Assembly: GCA_042218425.1 (NCBI GenBank) | Contig: JBDGRD010000033.1 | Span: 1-46,866, forward strand | Source: Candidatus Nanohaloarchaea archaeon | GTDB taxonomy: Archaea > Nanohalarchaeota > Nanosalinia > Nanosalinales > Nanosalinaceae | Direction of reading: 5' to 3' | DNA: 46,866 nucleotides | Shown here: piece after piece, positions 1 through 9,951 of the stretch | Layout of the letters: each line of letters opens with the position of its first letter | Position numbering within the stretch: the stretch's first letter is position 1 | Notes under the pieces: model-generated | Databases searched by the model: none | Seen by the model: only the letters and a program-made list of their open reading frames with translations | What the model was told of the DNA's origin: nothing | Position numbers and translations under genes: made by a program

Positions 1-3000
1 AACCAGACCAGTATTGTAACCGAAAGCTACAGCGACGTGGAAAAGACAGTCAGGCAGGAAAATCTCACACCGCTCGGAGTCGGCGATATCGAAGGCATAT
101 CCAGAATCGACAGAGTCAACCAGGCCTTCAACATATCCCGACCCAAGTACTACGTGGAGGACCGGGAAAAAGCTGTCTACGTGGCCGCGCTGGCAGCCAG
201 GCGGAACGCGTCACTGGTCTTCAGAGAAAAGAAAGCAGATAGAAAATTCACAGATACCAGTATCCGGGAGCTGCAGAGTATATTCATAGAAGAATTCCGG
301 CCCAACCATGTCGTTGTTGCAGACCTTGATTCAGAAAAGGGTGTGCTGGCCGCATATATGGCGGCTAGAAAGGGTATGATGCCGGTAGATTTCGAAACTC
401 ATGGTACGGATAAAACCGGCCACAACAGCTCTATTGAAGAGATAAACATGTATAACGGTGTTATAAAACTGGACGAGAGTATCGACAAAACCTTTGAGAA
501 AATCGGCACTAATGAAAAAACTGTTTTCGAAGGAAAATATGTATCCCTTCTTTCAGGACCTCGCCGCGCCCATGCCGATCCAGTGGACGCCGGGCTGGTG
601 TCTGACCCGGCTGATGGTTCGCGTTTCAGGAGCGACCTGGGATACGGAACCCTGGACCAGGATAGATTCCTAGAGGCCGCGGTTGGAAGGTATACCGAGG
701 ATGTTTCAGAGGCGAGCCTGGCCTTCCATAATTCAGTCAAACGCGACTCAGGGAAAAGGGCCGTGGTGGCTTCAGAATACCTTCACACCAGTTGGCCGGT
801 TATCCTTGCAACCCTGGGGGGAGGTATGAGGAGTGGTAGAACAGCTGAAGCAGTGCTGGAGAAAGAAGGCTTCAAGGTTACTCCAGTAGTTGAATACCGG
901 TCGCAGCCCGTGATTTTCCTGCTTGATCTTCTCGGGATGCCTACACCCATGGACGATTTCGTGAGAACGGTCGATTCAAAGCAAAAGAAACTTGCCAGCT
1001 ATATAGGGAAAGGCGGTGCAGCAGCACTCAAAAACGCTGCATACATCGTCAGGGGACTTAACTACGGAGAGCAAACACTGGAGATGTACCTCGAGTTCAG
1101 ATGGTCCGACTGGAAACCGCTCAATCAGGAAATCAGGGCGCCAGACGGAATCAGCCGCCAGGACTTCCGCCAGCTGGTTTTCGACATCCTGCCGGAGCGG
1201 CGCAAGAAACTCAACGAGTCTAACCTTGTTGCCGAGTTGAAGTCAAAAGACATAATCTACTATACCGGAATAGGAGACAGTCACAGCTGGCAGCTCCCCA
1301 ACTACACGAGCGGCGACTACCAGGGGCCAGAGCTGTCGCCGGGAGAGGTGCCTGAACTCGAAACCCCGATCGTCTGGGACAACTCGGATAACGCCGGGCT
1401 GGAAGACGGACAGATGAAGTCCGCCTTCATGGAAAGCGGGGCGGCCAACTACATCGGTTTTTCAAGTGTGAACTACGATCCTTACTCCTCTCTCGCAGCC
1501 TCCGACTTCTTCCGGTACGGCGAAACGACCGGCCAGGCCTTCCTCAAAGCCATCAATTCCTTGAGAGAGACCCGGCTGGTGTACAGTCCGACCTCATTAC
1601 ACCTGACAGGTGTAGGGGAGAAGATGGCTAAATCAGCCTCACTTTACGGTAACCCTGAGACACCGAAAGATCCTCTAGAAGAAGACAGGCTGGAGACAAC
1701 GAAAAAGTGCAGGAAGTACCTCTGCGAGCTAGAGGTGGAGATAAAAACCAAGCCCAAAACTGTAGAGACGCCTACAGGAAAGCAGCTCGTCTTTAACACA
1801 AGCGACTACCTGCTAATACCCGGGCTTCCTATAACACCGTTATATACCTACCGTGTCGGGCTCGGCAACTACACCAAGATACTGGAAAAAGATATCGACG
1901 ACCGTTACCAAACAATAGATAATGTCTCTATGGAGACCCTGCGAACCATCTCACACCAGGGAGTTTCCCAGAACCACAGCATTTCAGTCAGCACCTTCCC
2001 AGAAAAGACCTCGGGACTGGAGCTCGGGGATGAACTGGTGTATGCCCAGACCGCCCTGCAGAAGCAGGGAGCGGAAGTCCGGGTGCTAGAAGAAGCAAAA
2101 CTTAATCTCAAGTACCGGGCGCCCGTCACTCTTGACCTGGTCTTGGAGGAAAAGAACCTGTCGGCCATCGTTTACTCGAAGACGGAGCAGGAGGCAAAAC
2201 TCGCTATCTCGCTAGGTGAAGAAAACCGCATCAAAAAAGTCGAGGTCCCCGCCGGCAAGAAAAGACTGAACCTCGGCAAGCTGGAGCCTGGCGATCACCA
2301 TGTCCGCGCCATCCTCTACAGGAAAAATCGGCTGGCTGTAGCCGAGGAAGAATTTTCCGTACAGCCGGAGGCAAGGATACACCTATTCGCTCCAGACATA
2401 CCTGTAGGCTCTGAACGGGAAGTCCGGGCGATCGTAGTCAATCCGGAGAATGAAACCCTGGAGACAGAACTGGGCCTGGAAACAGGAGGTAAAACAGCTC
2501 TCGGGCTCCTCGAAAAACCTGAGAGAAAAGTGTCCATACCTCCTGAAAGTCACGTCTCGGTGAGCTGGGCTGTGCTTGGTATAAGGAAAGGTGTATCCAG
2601 AGTGAAAGTGCAGGACTCCGTCTCCAGGTCGAACGTTACCCCAGCTGCCAGCAAAAATCGGTCTCTGACACCCGAAAAATTGTGGAAAATCCTGCAGTCG
2701 CCCACGGCAACTTTCTCAACTACTGCCTCAAGCTCCAGACTAAAAATAGAGATTGAGAACGAGAAAGGCCGCCTTACACTGACCCGGAGCCCAGAAGAGT
2801 ATAGCGAGAAACTGGTAACAGACGAAATCAAGGTAAGTAAAAGAGAAACAGCAAAGATTTCGGCGGCGACTGTGGAGACCTCAGAAGGATTCTTCAGGAG
2901 AAAGAAGAGAGGTGGTAAAGTCTCTGTAGTCCGGGAAGGCCTGAACCAGTCTCAGGTCTCGGAAAAACTCAGGCTCCTGGAAAGAGAGGTCGAAAAGATA

Positions 3001-3066
3001 CATCAGCTTTCAGAGACTCAGGCAAGTACAGAAAGAAAGCCGAATATGACGCGTAATACTGAGTGA
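1..3066 (+). CDS. large hypothetical protein, 5'-truncated by the window edge (>=1021 codons); possible multi-domain beta-rich surface/adhesin-like protein
   Basis: Track ORF 37..3066. The same frame has no stop codon from nt 1, so the gene probably starts upstream of the window. Composition is acidic like the neighbouring genes. The C-terminal half has repeated beta-strand-like segments. No family was recognised with confidence. Confidence 0.6.
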   Translation, partial: NQTSIVTESYSDVEKTVRQENLTPLGVGDIEGISRIDRVNQAFNISRPKYYVEDREKAVYVAALAARRNASLVFREKKADRKFTDTSIRELQSIFIEEFRPNHVVVADLDSEKGVLAAYMAARKGMMPVDFETHGTDKTGHNSSIEEINMYNGVIKLDESIDKTFEKIGTNEKTVFEGKYVSLLSGPRRAHADPVDAGLVSDPADGSRFRSDLGYGTLDQDRFLEAAVGRYTEDVSEASLAFHNSVKRDSGKRAVVASEYLHTSWPVILATLGGGMRSGRTAEAVLEKEGFKVTPVVEYRSQPVIFLLDLLGMPTPMDDFVRTVDSKQKKLASYIGKGGAAALKNAAYIVRGLNYGEQTLEMYLEFRWSDWKPLNQEIRAPDGISRQDFRQLVFDILPERRKKLNESNLVAELKSKDIIYYTGIGDSHSWQLPNYTSGDYQGPELSPGEVPELETPIVWDNSDNAGLEDGQMKSAFMESGAANYIGFSSVNYDPYSSLAASDFFRYGETTGQAFLKAINSLRETRLVYSPTSLHLTGVGEKMAKSASLYGNPETPKDPLEEDRLETTKKCRKYLCELEVEIKTKPKTVETPTGKQLVFNTSDYLLIPGLPITPLYTYRVGLGNYTKILEKDIDDRYQTIDNVSMETLRTISHQGVSQNHSISVSTFPEKTSGLELGDELVYAQTALQKQGAEVRVLEEAKLNLKYRAPVTLDLVLEEKNLSAIVYSKTEQEAKLAISLGEENRIKKVEVPAGKKRLNLGKLEPGDHHVRAILYRKNRLAVAEEEFSVQPEARIHLFAPDIPVGSEREVRAIVVNPENETLETELGLETGGKTALGLLEKPERKVSIPPESHVSVSWAVLGIRKGVSRVKVQDSVSRSNVTPAASKNRSLTPEKLWKILQSPTATFSTTASSSRLKIEIENEKGRLTLTRSPEEYSEKLVTDEIKVSKRETAKISAATVETSEGFFRRKKRGGKVSVVREGLNQSQVSEKLRLLEREVEKIHQLSETQASTERKPNMTRNTE

Positions 3067-3265
3067 ACAGTCTGGGCTATCGCCACCACAACCAGCGCTA
3101 TAATCCTGGCAAGAACCCGATACTTTCTGGAAAAAGGATGCTTCGAATCTCCTGAAGCACTATCGTGAGTCACTGATTCCAAATCAGCCGCCTGGATTTA
3201 AAACAGGAGGTGTTGCAATCTCAAAGAAGTCAAGAACTGTCACTCAAAAACGATAGTTCAACAAA

Positions 3266-3287
3266 TCTCCACATGAAACAAGGGGGT
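3266..3287 (+). repeat. ORB-like origin recognition box (tctccacatgaaacaagggggt)
   Basis: Matches the archaeal ORB pattern CTCCAC..GAAAC..GGGGG. It is similar to the other three copies in this spacer. Confidence 0.6.
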
Positions 3288-3474
3288 TGAAATGGATTTT
3301 AAGGGAAACAGGAGAGAAATCGAGGTCTCAAATCCCTGCCTGGACGCGAGTGACATAACTAGAACTAGTTTTGACCGAGACGGATATTTCTCAGCCAACT
3401 TTCAGAGCTAAAAGCCGCCGATATGAGAGAAAGGTAAAATTGTCACTCCTGGATAATAGGCCCGTGAGGTTCTG

Positions 3475-3496
3475 ACCCCCTTATTTCGGATGGACG
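3475..3496 (-). repeat. ORB-like origin recognition box (minus strand: cgtccatccgaaataagggggt)
   Basis: The reverse complement matches the ORB pattern. It forms an inverted pair with 3581-3603 around the AT-rich segment. Confidence 0.6.
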
Positions 3497-3580
3497 GTGG
3501 ATGACCGGAGGTCGATCGGTGTTAAAACACCGACATACTATAATAACACTGTTATATCTAGAGTTATGCCTGTAGTATAT

Positions 3581-3603
3581 TTCCACTCGAAATAATGGGG
3601 TGG
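3581..3603 (+). repeat. ORB-like origin recognition box (ttccactcgaaataatggggtgg)
   Basis: TTCCAC..GAAAT..GGGG pattern. It is the inverted partner of 3475-3496. Confidence 0.6.
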
Positions 3604-3610
3604 GTGTGTT

Positions 3611-3632
3611 CCCACCTTGGCTTCCTTTGGAG
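3611..3632 (-). repeat. ORB-like origin recognition box (minus strand: ctccaaaggaagccaaggtggg)
   Basis: The reverse complement matches ORB copy 3266-3287 at about 16 of 21 aligned positions by hand alignment. Confidence 0.45.
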
Positions 3633-3694
3633 TACAAATATAAACCTTCATTTCGACTAGAATTTACACACGTGGTCAAGATGAAAATTAGCGA

Positions 3695-4915
3695 GTGGAG
3701 GGGGAAGCCGTGAGTCAGGGAGACTTGCGGTCAATGTTTTCGAACTACGTTCAAAAAGAATCTGTTTTCAGAAACAAGGAAGCTCTTACACCTAACTGGA
3801 AGCCGGACAATATTCTTCATCGGGACCAGCAGATAAATGATCTGGCATCTATCCTGGCGCCAGCGCTCAGGGGAGACGACCCCAGCAATGTATTCATCTA
3901 CGGAAGCGTTGGGACGGGAAAGACACTGGTCACGAGGCACGTTACAGAGGAGCTCAGACATGTCGCCAGCGAGGAAGAGGTCGACCTCAATATAGTTTAC
4001 ATAAACTGCAAGATGAAGAAGGTGGCCGACACCGAGTACAGGCTTCTGGCAAAGCTGGCCAGGCAGCTGGGTGACGAGGTGCCTTCGACAGGTCTTCCGA
4101 CAGATGAGGTATACAACCGGTTCTTCGAGGCGCTGAAGGAGCAGAAGGGAGTCGTGATAATCGCGCTGGACGAGATAGACGCGCTCGTCAAGAAAGTCGG
4201 CGACGAGTTCCTCTACAACCTCACAAGGATAAATGATGACCTGGATGAGACGAAGGTGTCTATAATAGGTATCTCGAACGACCTCAACTTCACAGAGTAC
4301 ATGGACTCGCGTGTGAAGTCCTCGCTTTCCGAGGAGGAGATCATATTCCCTCCGTACAACGCTCTTGAGCTGAGGGAGATTCTCAGCGACAGGGCGGAGG
4401 GGGGCTTCATGGAGGACGTGCTAGAGGACGGAGTCATATCGAAATGTTCGGCACTGGCTGCCCAGGAACACGGGGATGCCCGCCGCGCACTTGACCTTAT
4501 ACGGGTCGCCGGCGAACTCGCCGAGCGGTACAATGACTCACGGATTTCCAAGGACCACGTCGATGAGGCCCAGCAGAAGATAGAGAGAGATCGTGTCGTG
4601 GAGACCGTGCGCTCACAGCCGAAGCATTCGAAGCTCGTTCTCTACACCATCCTCGAGATGGCGGATGACGAGGACGAGGTCGCCACAGGGGACGTCTACT
4701 CGGAGTACAAGGAACTCTGCGGCGAGGTCGATGTCTCGGAGCTGACCCAGAGAAGGGTTTCGGGCCTGATATCGGAGCTCGACATGCTGGGGGTCATCAA
4801 CGCCAAGGTCATCTCAAAGGGGAGATACGGCAGGACCAGGCAGATAAGTGTAGACCTTTCAGGGGAGATAAGGACACAGCTCAAAGAGCTGGTAGAGGAC
4901 AAATTTTACCTTTAG
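3695..4915 (+). CDS. orc1: Orc1/Cdc6 replication initiator (AAA+ ATPase with C-terminal winged helix)
   Basis: Walker A is GSVGTGKT and Walker B is IIALDEID. The family-typical N-terminus is present (ALTPNWKPDNILHRDQQI). The true start may be the GTG at 3710, which is preceded by GGAGGGGG. Confidence 0.95.
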   Translation: MEGEAVSQGDLRSMFSNYVQKESVFRNKEALTPNWKPDNILHRDQQINDLASILAPALRGDDPSNVFIYGSVGTGKTLVTRHVTEELRHVASEEEVDLNIVYINCKMKKVADTEYRLLAKLARQLGDEVPSTGLPTDEVYNRFFEALKEQKGVVIIALDEIDALVKKVGDEFLYNLTRINDDLDETKVSIIGISNDLNFTEYMDSRVKSSLSEEEIIFPPYNALELREILSDRAEGGFMEDVLEDGVISKCSALAAQEHGDARRALDLIRVAGELAERYNDSRISKDHVDEAQQKIERDRVVETVRSQPKHSKLVLYTILEMADDEDEVATGDVYSEYKELCGEVDVSELTQRRVSGLISELDMLGVINAKVISKGRYGRTRQISVDLSGEIRTQLKELVEDKFYL

Positions 4916-4937
4916 GGAAGCTTAAGGGGGGACAAGC

Positions 4938-6437
4938 TTGAACGAGAAAGCAGTAAAAGAACTCACGAAGAAAGGATGCATAGTAGCAAAGGACGCTGCT
5001 GAATCTTTGACAGAGGAAGATATCGAGAAGATTCAGGAGCTTGATTCTCCGCCGATGTACCTTTCTGAGAAGATGCTGTCCCAGCTGAGATCAAACGGCG
5101 AGAGCCAGAGAGACCGCCCGCAGCAGGTGCAAGAGGAAGAAAAGAACTCCGGAACAGATGAAGAAAAGGAGGAGAAAGAGGAGAGCACGGGTTCCGGCGC
5201 AACCATCAAGGATACCGGTAGACGGAAGATGGATACCAAGGTCGAGGTCCTGGACGAGGCAGATATATCCAAGGAGGAGAAAGACGTGCCCGAGTTCCTC
5301 CAGAACTACAACGACAGGTACGACCGGATGAAGAAGATACTGATGCGGCGGATGGAGATGAAGTCCGCCGTCACGATACAGCGCCTCGACCGGAGAGACG
5401 AGGGAGAGGAAGCCACGACTATCGGACTAGTGAAGGACAAGTACTCCACCAGGAACGGGAAGTTCATAATCGAACTGGAGGACAAGACAGGCACCTTCAA
5501 GGCGCTCATCGATGAAAGAGACGGTGAACGCATCGTGCCCGACGAGGTCATAGGTGTCAGGGGCTCGCTTGGAGGCGACATCATCTACGCCAACACCGTG
5601 GTGAGACCTGATTTACCGATCCCACAGGGGGTCAACACGACGGAGCAGAGGGTGAAGGCCGCGTACATATCAGACCTGCATCTCGGCTCGAAGGACACTC
5701 TTGAGAAGAGGCTGGACAAGTTCGGTGACTGGCTCTCGTCGAAGGAGGCGTCCCGTGTCAAGTACCTGGTCATACCTGGCGACCTTGTCGAGGGAGTCGG
5801 TGTGTACCCAGACCAGGACGAAGAGCTTGAGATAACGGATATATACAACCAGTACCGGAAGTTCGAGGAATGGGCTGAGAAGCTGCCGGAAGATATACAG
5901 ATGATTATCGGACCCGGGAACCACGACATAGTAAGACTTGCGGAACCCCAGCCCCGGCTCCCGGAAAAAGTCCTGCCGAATATATCTGACTGGGACAACG
6001 TCCATCTGGTGCAGAACCCGCAGACTGTCCGCCTTCACGGCATCGAGTCCTCGGGAATCGTAAACCTGATGTACCACGGCTACTCATACGACGACCATGT
6101 CGACCAGATCCAGGACCTGCGAGAAAAGGCGTACGACGACCCGCACCACGTCATGGTCGACCTGCTGAAACGCCGGCATCTCGCACCGACTTTCGGCTCC
6201 AACCTCCTGGCGCCGGAGGAAAAGGACCACATGACAATCGAAAGGAAGCCGGACGTGTTTGTCTCCGGCCACTTCCACTCCCACTCGAACGAGAGCTACA
6301 AGGGTGTCAGCGTGATATGTTCTTCGACTTTCCAGGCCCAGACCGATTTCCAGAAAAGGGTCGGCCACGAACCGGACCCCGGGAAGGTAACCATAGTTGA
6401 CTACAAAACCCGGAAAACCAACGTGAGGCAGTTCTGA
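4938..6437 (+). CDS. DNA polymerase II (PolD) small subunit DP1
   Basis: Calcineurin-like phosphoesterase motifs are present (DLHLGS, GDLVEG, GNHD, GHFH). There is an acidic low-complexity linker. The start is TTG with a G-rich SD at 4924-4930. The stop overlaps the DP2 start (TGATG). Confidence 0.93.
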   Translation: MNEKAVKELTKKGCIVAKDAAESLTEEDIEKIQELDSPPMYLSEKMLSQLRSNGESQRDRPQQVQEEEKNSGTDEEKEEKEESTGSGATIKDTGRRKMDTKVEVLDEADISKEEKDVPEFLQNYNDRYDRMKKILMRRMEMKSAVTIQRLDRRDEGEEATTIGLVKDKYSTRNGKFIIELEDKTGTFKALIDERDGERIVPDEVIGVRGSLGGDIIYANTVVRPDLPIPQGVNTTEQRVKAAYISDLHLGSKDTLEKRLDKFGDWLSSKEASRVKYLVIPGDLVEGVGVYPDQDEELEITDIYNQYRKFEEWAEKLPEDIQMIIGPGNHDIVRLAEPQPRLPEKVLPNISDWDNVHLVQNPQTVRLHGIESSGIVNLMYHGYSYDDHVDQIQDLREKAYDDPHHVMVDLLKRRHLAPTFGSNLLAPEEKDHMTIERKPDVFVSGHFHSHSNESYKGVSVICSSTFQAQTDFQKRVGHEPDPGKVTIVDYKTRKTNVRQF

Positions 6438-9400
6438 TGGATACAAAAGAATACTTCGAGCGTCTGGGAGAGAAGACCTCGGAGGCGTACGATATCGCTG
6501 AAGAAGCCCGCGACCAGTCCAAGGACCCGGAGCCAAGGGTCGACATACCTGTCGCGACAGATCTCCCGGAGAAGGCATCTTCACTTGTCATAGCGGCCAA
6601 GTTCCCCGAGCTGGAGGACCAGGGTGTCGCGGACAGGATACGTGATCTGGAGTCTGAGTACGGCAAGAACGACGAGAGAGTGGCGTTCGAGATCGCGAGA
6701 GAGATAGCCGAGGGAGAGTTCTACGAGTTCGAGGAACTGGAGAAGGCGTGCGACGCTGGCATCCGTGTGGGAGTATCCTACATGACAGGAGGCATCACGA
6801 CCGCGCCGCTCGAAGGTATCGGAGACATAAAGATAAGAGAGAACGATGACGGCACCCGGTACCTCGCTGTATACTACTCCGGCCCCATCCGCTCGGCGGG
6901 CGGAACCGCATCAGCCATGAGCGTCCTGCTCGCCGACTACGTCCGGCTGAGCGTGGACCTGGACAGGTTCAAACCCTCCGAGACCGTGGTCAAGCGGTAC
7001 GCGACCGAGGTAGATGACTACTACAACAGGGTGACTGCAAAGCAGTACTACCCGGAGAGAGAGGAGACCGAGATGATAGCCGAGAACGTCCCTGTGGAAG
7101 TGACGGGCTCTCCAACCGAGCAGAAAGAGGTCTCCAACTACAAGGACCTCGAACGCATCGATACCAACCAGATAAGAGGTGGCATGTGCCTGGTTTACCT
7201 GGATGGACTGCCTCTGAAGGCGCCGAAAATCAAGAAGAGGATAGAGAAATGGGGCGGAGACTTCGGCCTCGAACACTGGGAATGGGTTAAGGATTACCTG
7301 GAGCTCCAGGAGGAAGTTCACTCCTCGGGAGACGGCGAGAACGGAGACGAGGAGGAACCGGATTACACACCTTCCGACAAGTACCTAGGCTCGCTGACCG
7401 CGGGCCGCCCGGTGTTCGCACATCCGGGGAGGAAAGGAGGCTTCAGGCTGAGGTACGGCCACTCCCGGACGAACGGACTGGCGGCCACGTCTTTCCACCC
7501 GGCGACGATGGAGATAACACAGCGGTTCCTGGCTATCGGAACCCAGCTAAAGCTTGAGTACCCGGGTAAAGCGACTGTAGGCACGCCCTGCGACTCTATA
7601 CATCCACCTGTCGTCCGGCTTGAAAACGGCGACGTGGTCAAGGTCGAGTCCCGGAAGGAGGCGAGGGAGCTGGAAGACGATATAGAGGAGATACTTTTCC
7701 TGGGAGACATACTGGTTACCTACGGCGAATTTGTCGAGAACGGCAAGAAGCTGCTTCCTTCGCCCTACGTACGGGAATGGTGGGAGAAAGAGGTCGCCCG
7801 TGAACTTGAAGAGAGGGATATGAAGCTCGGCCGCGATTTCTCCGGGCGCGAACCGAACCCTGAAGAAGCCTTCAAAATCTCGGAAAAGCTTGACGTGCCT
7901 CTACATCCGCGCTGGACGTATCACTGGGACGAGACCACTGTCGAAAGATTCCGGGCGCTCCACAGCTCTGTGAAGGAAGGCGTGCTCGCCGGCGAGAAGA
8001 CAAAGAAGGCGCTGGAAGACATACTGGTACCCCACGAGGCTGGTGAAAGCATCACCCTGCCCGAGGATGACGCCAGGGTCCTCCAGGAACTTCTCACGGA
8101 GATGGACGGGGAGCTGGTCCAGGAAATCGAGAAGCCGGAGGATATACCCGCAGCTATCGAGGAGGCAACAGGCATAGAGCTACGGGACCAGGCGCCTCAT
8201 TACATAGGGGCGAGGATGGGCCGCCCGGAGAAAGCCGAGAAAAGGACTCTCCAGGGACGGCCGCAGCTGCTGTTCCCGTGCGGACGTGAGGAAGGCGGAA
8301 GGATGAGGAACATGGTGGCCGCCTACAACAAGGGCAGTGTGAGACAGCGCATAATCCACAACCGGTGCCCGGAATGCGAGAACATCACCTACTACTCCTA
8401 CTGTATCGACTGCGGTGTCCCGGCCGACCCGGTCTGGTACTGCTCGGACTGTGGGAAGGAGTACCACGAGGAACAGGAAAGATGCGGTTCATGCGGCAAC
8501 GAAAGGTTCAAGCGGTATAGGGAGACGGATATAGATGTCGAAAGACTCGTGGACCACGCGATGCAGAACATCGGCCAGGACTCGTTACCCGAACTGCTGA
8601 AGTCGCCGCGGGCGATGAGCGGCGAGTACCGCCACGTCGAACCGATAGAAAAAGGCCTTATACGGCAGAGATACGAGCTGTACGTTAACAAGGACGGAAC
8701 AGTCCGGTACGACGCGACCGACCTTCCCATGACACATTTCCGGCCGGAAGAGATAGATGTGCCGGTGGAAAAACTCCGGGAACTCGGTTACGAGACGGAC
8801 GTGGAAGGGGAACCTCTGGAAAGCGAGGACCAGATGCTCGCCCTCAAGCCCCAGGATATCATAGTGCCGGACACGGAGAAAACTCTCCCGGCGTCCGATT
8901 ACCTTGTCAGGGTTGCCAACTTCGTCGACGAGCTGCTGGAGAAGTTCTACGGGCTTGAACCTTACTACGAAATCGACGACAAGCAGGACCTGGTAGGGGA
9001 ACTGGTAATAGGGCTAGCGCCCCACACCTCAGGAGGCACGGTCGGCAGGATAATAGGGTTTACAGAGGCCAAGGGTATCTACGCGCATCCCTACTGGCAC
9101 GCCGCCAAGAGAAGGAACGCCGACGGCGACGAGGACGCCATACTGCTTTTGATGGACGGCCTTCTCAACTTTTCAAGGAAGTTCCTTCCCGACATGACGG
9201 GCGCGAGAACCATGGACGCCCCACTCATCCTTTCAACAGTACTGAACGCTGACGAGGTCGACGATGAGGCATGGGCTATAGAGACCGTTGACGAGTACCC
9301 ACTCCAGTTCTACGAGGAGACATGGGAGTACGTGGAGCCCTGGAACCTTGAGACGGATATAGAGATAGGTGAGGACATCGTCCACTCCGACGAGCCGTTC

Positions 9401-9904
9401 CGCCACGGGTTCACCCACGACACCTCGGATATATCGGACGGCCCGAAGCAGAGCGAGTACGTAACGCTCGACGAGATGAGCGAGAAGACCTCCAACCAGC
9501 TGGGCCTCGGCAAGAGAACGAAGGCTGTGGACGAGGACAGGGTGGCGGAACTGCTGCTCAAGAAGCACTTCATACCGGACATCAAGGGCAACCTCCGCTC
9601 GTTTTCAAGGCAGAAGATGCGGTGCGGGAGCTGTAACGAGAAGTTCCGGCGGGTGCCGATGACAGCACAGACCATCGCCCCGACCGGGAAAACAACTGCT
9701 GAATGCCCTGAATGCGGCGGAAAGGTGCTACTAACTATCTCTGAGGGGACTATAAAGAAGTACATGGAGCCGAGCGAGGACATAATAGACAGCTTCGAGG
9801 TCTCGCCGTACGTACGGCAGCAGATCCTGATACTGAAAGACACGTTACAGAGTCTTTTCGGCAAGGAGAACCGGCAGAGCGGCCTGAAACAGTTCACTGC
9901 GTGA
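6437..9904 (+). CDS. DNA polymerase II (PolD) large subunit DP2
   Basis: The 1155-aa length is typical of intein-free DP2. Several Cys clusters are present (CPECENITYYSYCIDCG, CSDCG..CGSCG, CGSCNEKF..CPECGG). It is positioned after DP1. Confidence 0.95.
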   Translation: MDTKEYFERLGEKTSEAYDIAEEARDQSKDPEPRVDIPVATDLPEKASSLVIAAKFPELEDQGVADRIRDLESEYGKNDERVAFEIAREIAEGEFYEFEELEKACDAGIRVGVSYMTGGITTAPLEGIGDIKIRENDDGTRYLAVYYSGPIRSAGGTASAMSVLLADYVRLSVDLDRFKPSETVVKRYATEVDDYYNRVTAKQYYPEREETEMIAENVPVEVTGSPTEQKEVSNYKDLERIDTNQIRGGMCLVYLDGLPLKAPKIKKRIEKWGGDFGLEHWEWVKDYLELQEEVHSSGDGENGDEEEPDYTPSDKYLGSLTAGRPVFAHPGRKGGFRLRYGHSRTNGLAATSFHPATMEITQRFLAIGTQLKLEYPGKATVGTPCDSIHPPVVRLENGDVVKVESRKEARELEDDIEEILFLGDILVTYGEFVENGKKLLPSPYVREWWEKEVARELEERDMKLGRDFSGREPNPEEAFKISEKLDVPLHPRWTYHWDETTVERFRALHSSVKEGVLAGEKTKKALEDILVPHEAGESITLPEDDARVLQELLTEMDGELVQEIEKPEDIPAAIEEATGIELRDQAPHYIGARMGRPEKAEKRTLQGRPQLLFPCGREEGGRMRNMVAAYNKGSVRQRIIHNRCPECENITYYSYCIDCGVPADPVWYCSDCGKEYHEEQERCGSCGNERFKRYRETDIDVERLVDHAMQNIGQDSLPELLKSPRAMSGEYRHVEPIEKGLIRQRYELYVNKDGTVRYDATDLPMTHFRPEEIDVPVEKLRELGYETDVEGEPLESEDQMLALKPQDIIVPDTEKTLPASDYLVRVANFVDELLEKFYGLEPYYEIDDKQDLVGELVIGLAPHTSGGTVGRIIGFTEAKGIYAHPYWHAAKRRNADGDEDAILLLMDGLLNFSRKFLPDMTGARTMDAPLILSTVLNADEVDDEAWAIETVDEYPLQFYEETWEYVEPWNLETDIEIGEDIVHSDEPFRHGFTHDTSDISDGPKQSEYVTLDEMSEKTSNQLGLGKRTKAVDEDRVAELLLKKHFIPDIKGNLRSFSRQKMRCGSCNEKFRRVPMTAQTIAPTGKTTAECPECGGKVLLTISEGTIKKYMEPSEDIIDSFEVSPYVRQQILILKDTLQSLFGKENRQSGLKQFTA

Positions 9905-9951
9905 CGGCACGGGCCGAAACCTTAATTAGATTTTTATCCGGTTTTGAGTTT

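Larger units (their letters stand above)
3067..3694. other. candidate chromosomal replication origin (oriC) upstream of orc1/cdc6
   Basis: This is a 628-bp ORF-poor spacer immediately 5' of orc1/cdc6. It holds at least four ORB-like repeats (consensus about tYCCAnnnGAAAyAAgGGGGt) in both orientations. An inverted pair flanks an AT-rich stretch at 3533-3580 (about 27% G+C by hand count). A perfect 16-bp palindrome CGGTGTTAAAACACCG lies at 3517-3532. Confidence 0.7.
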
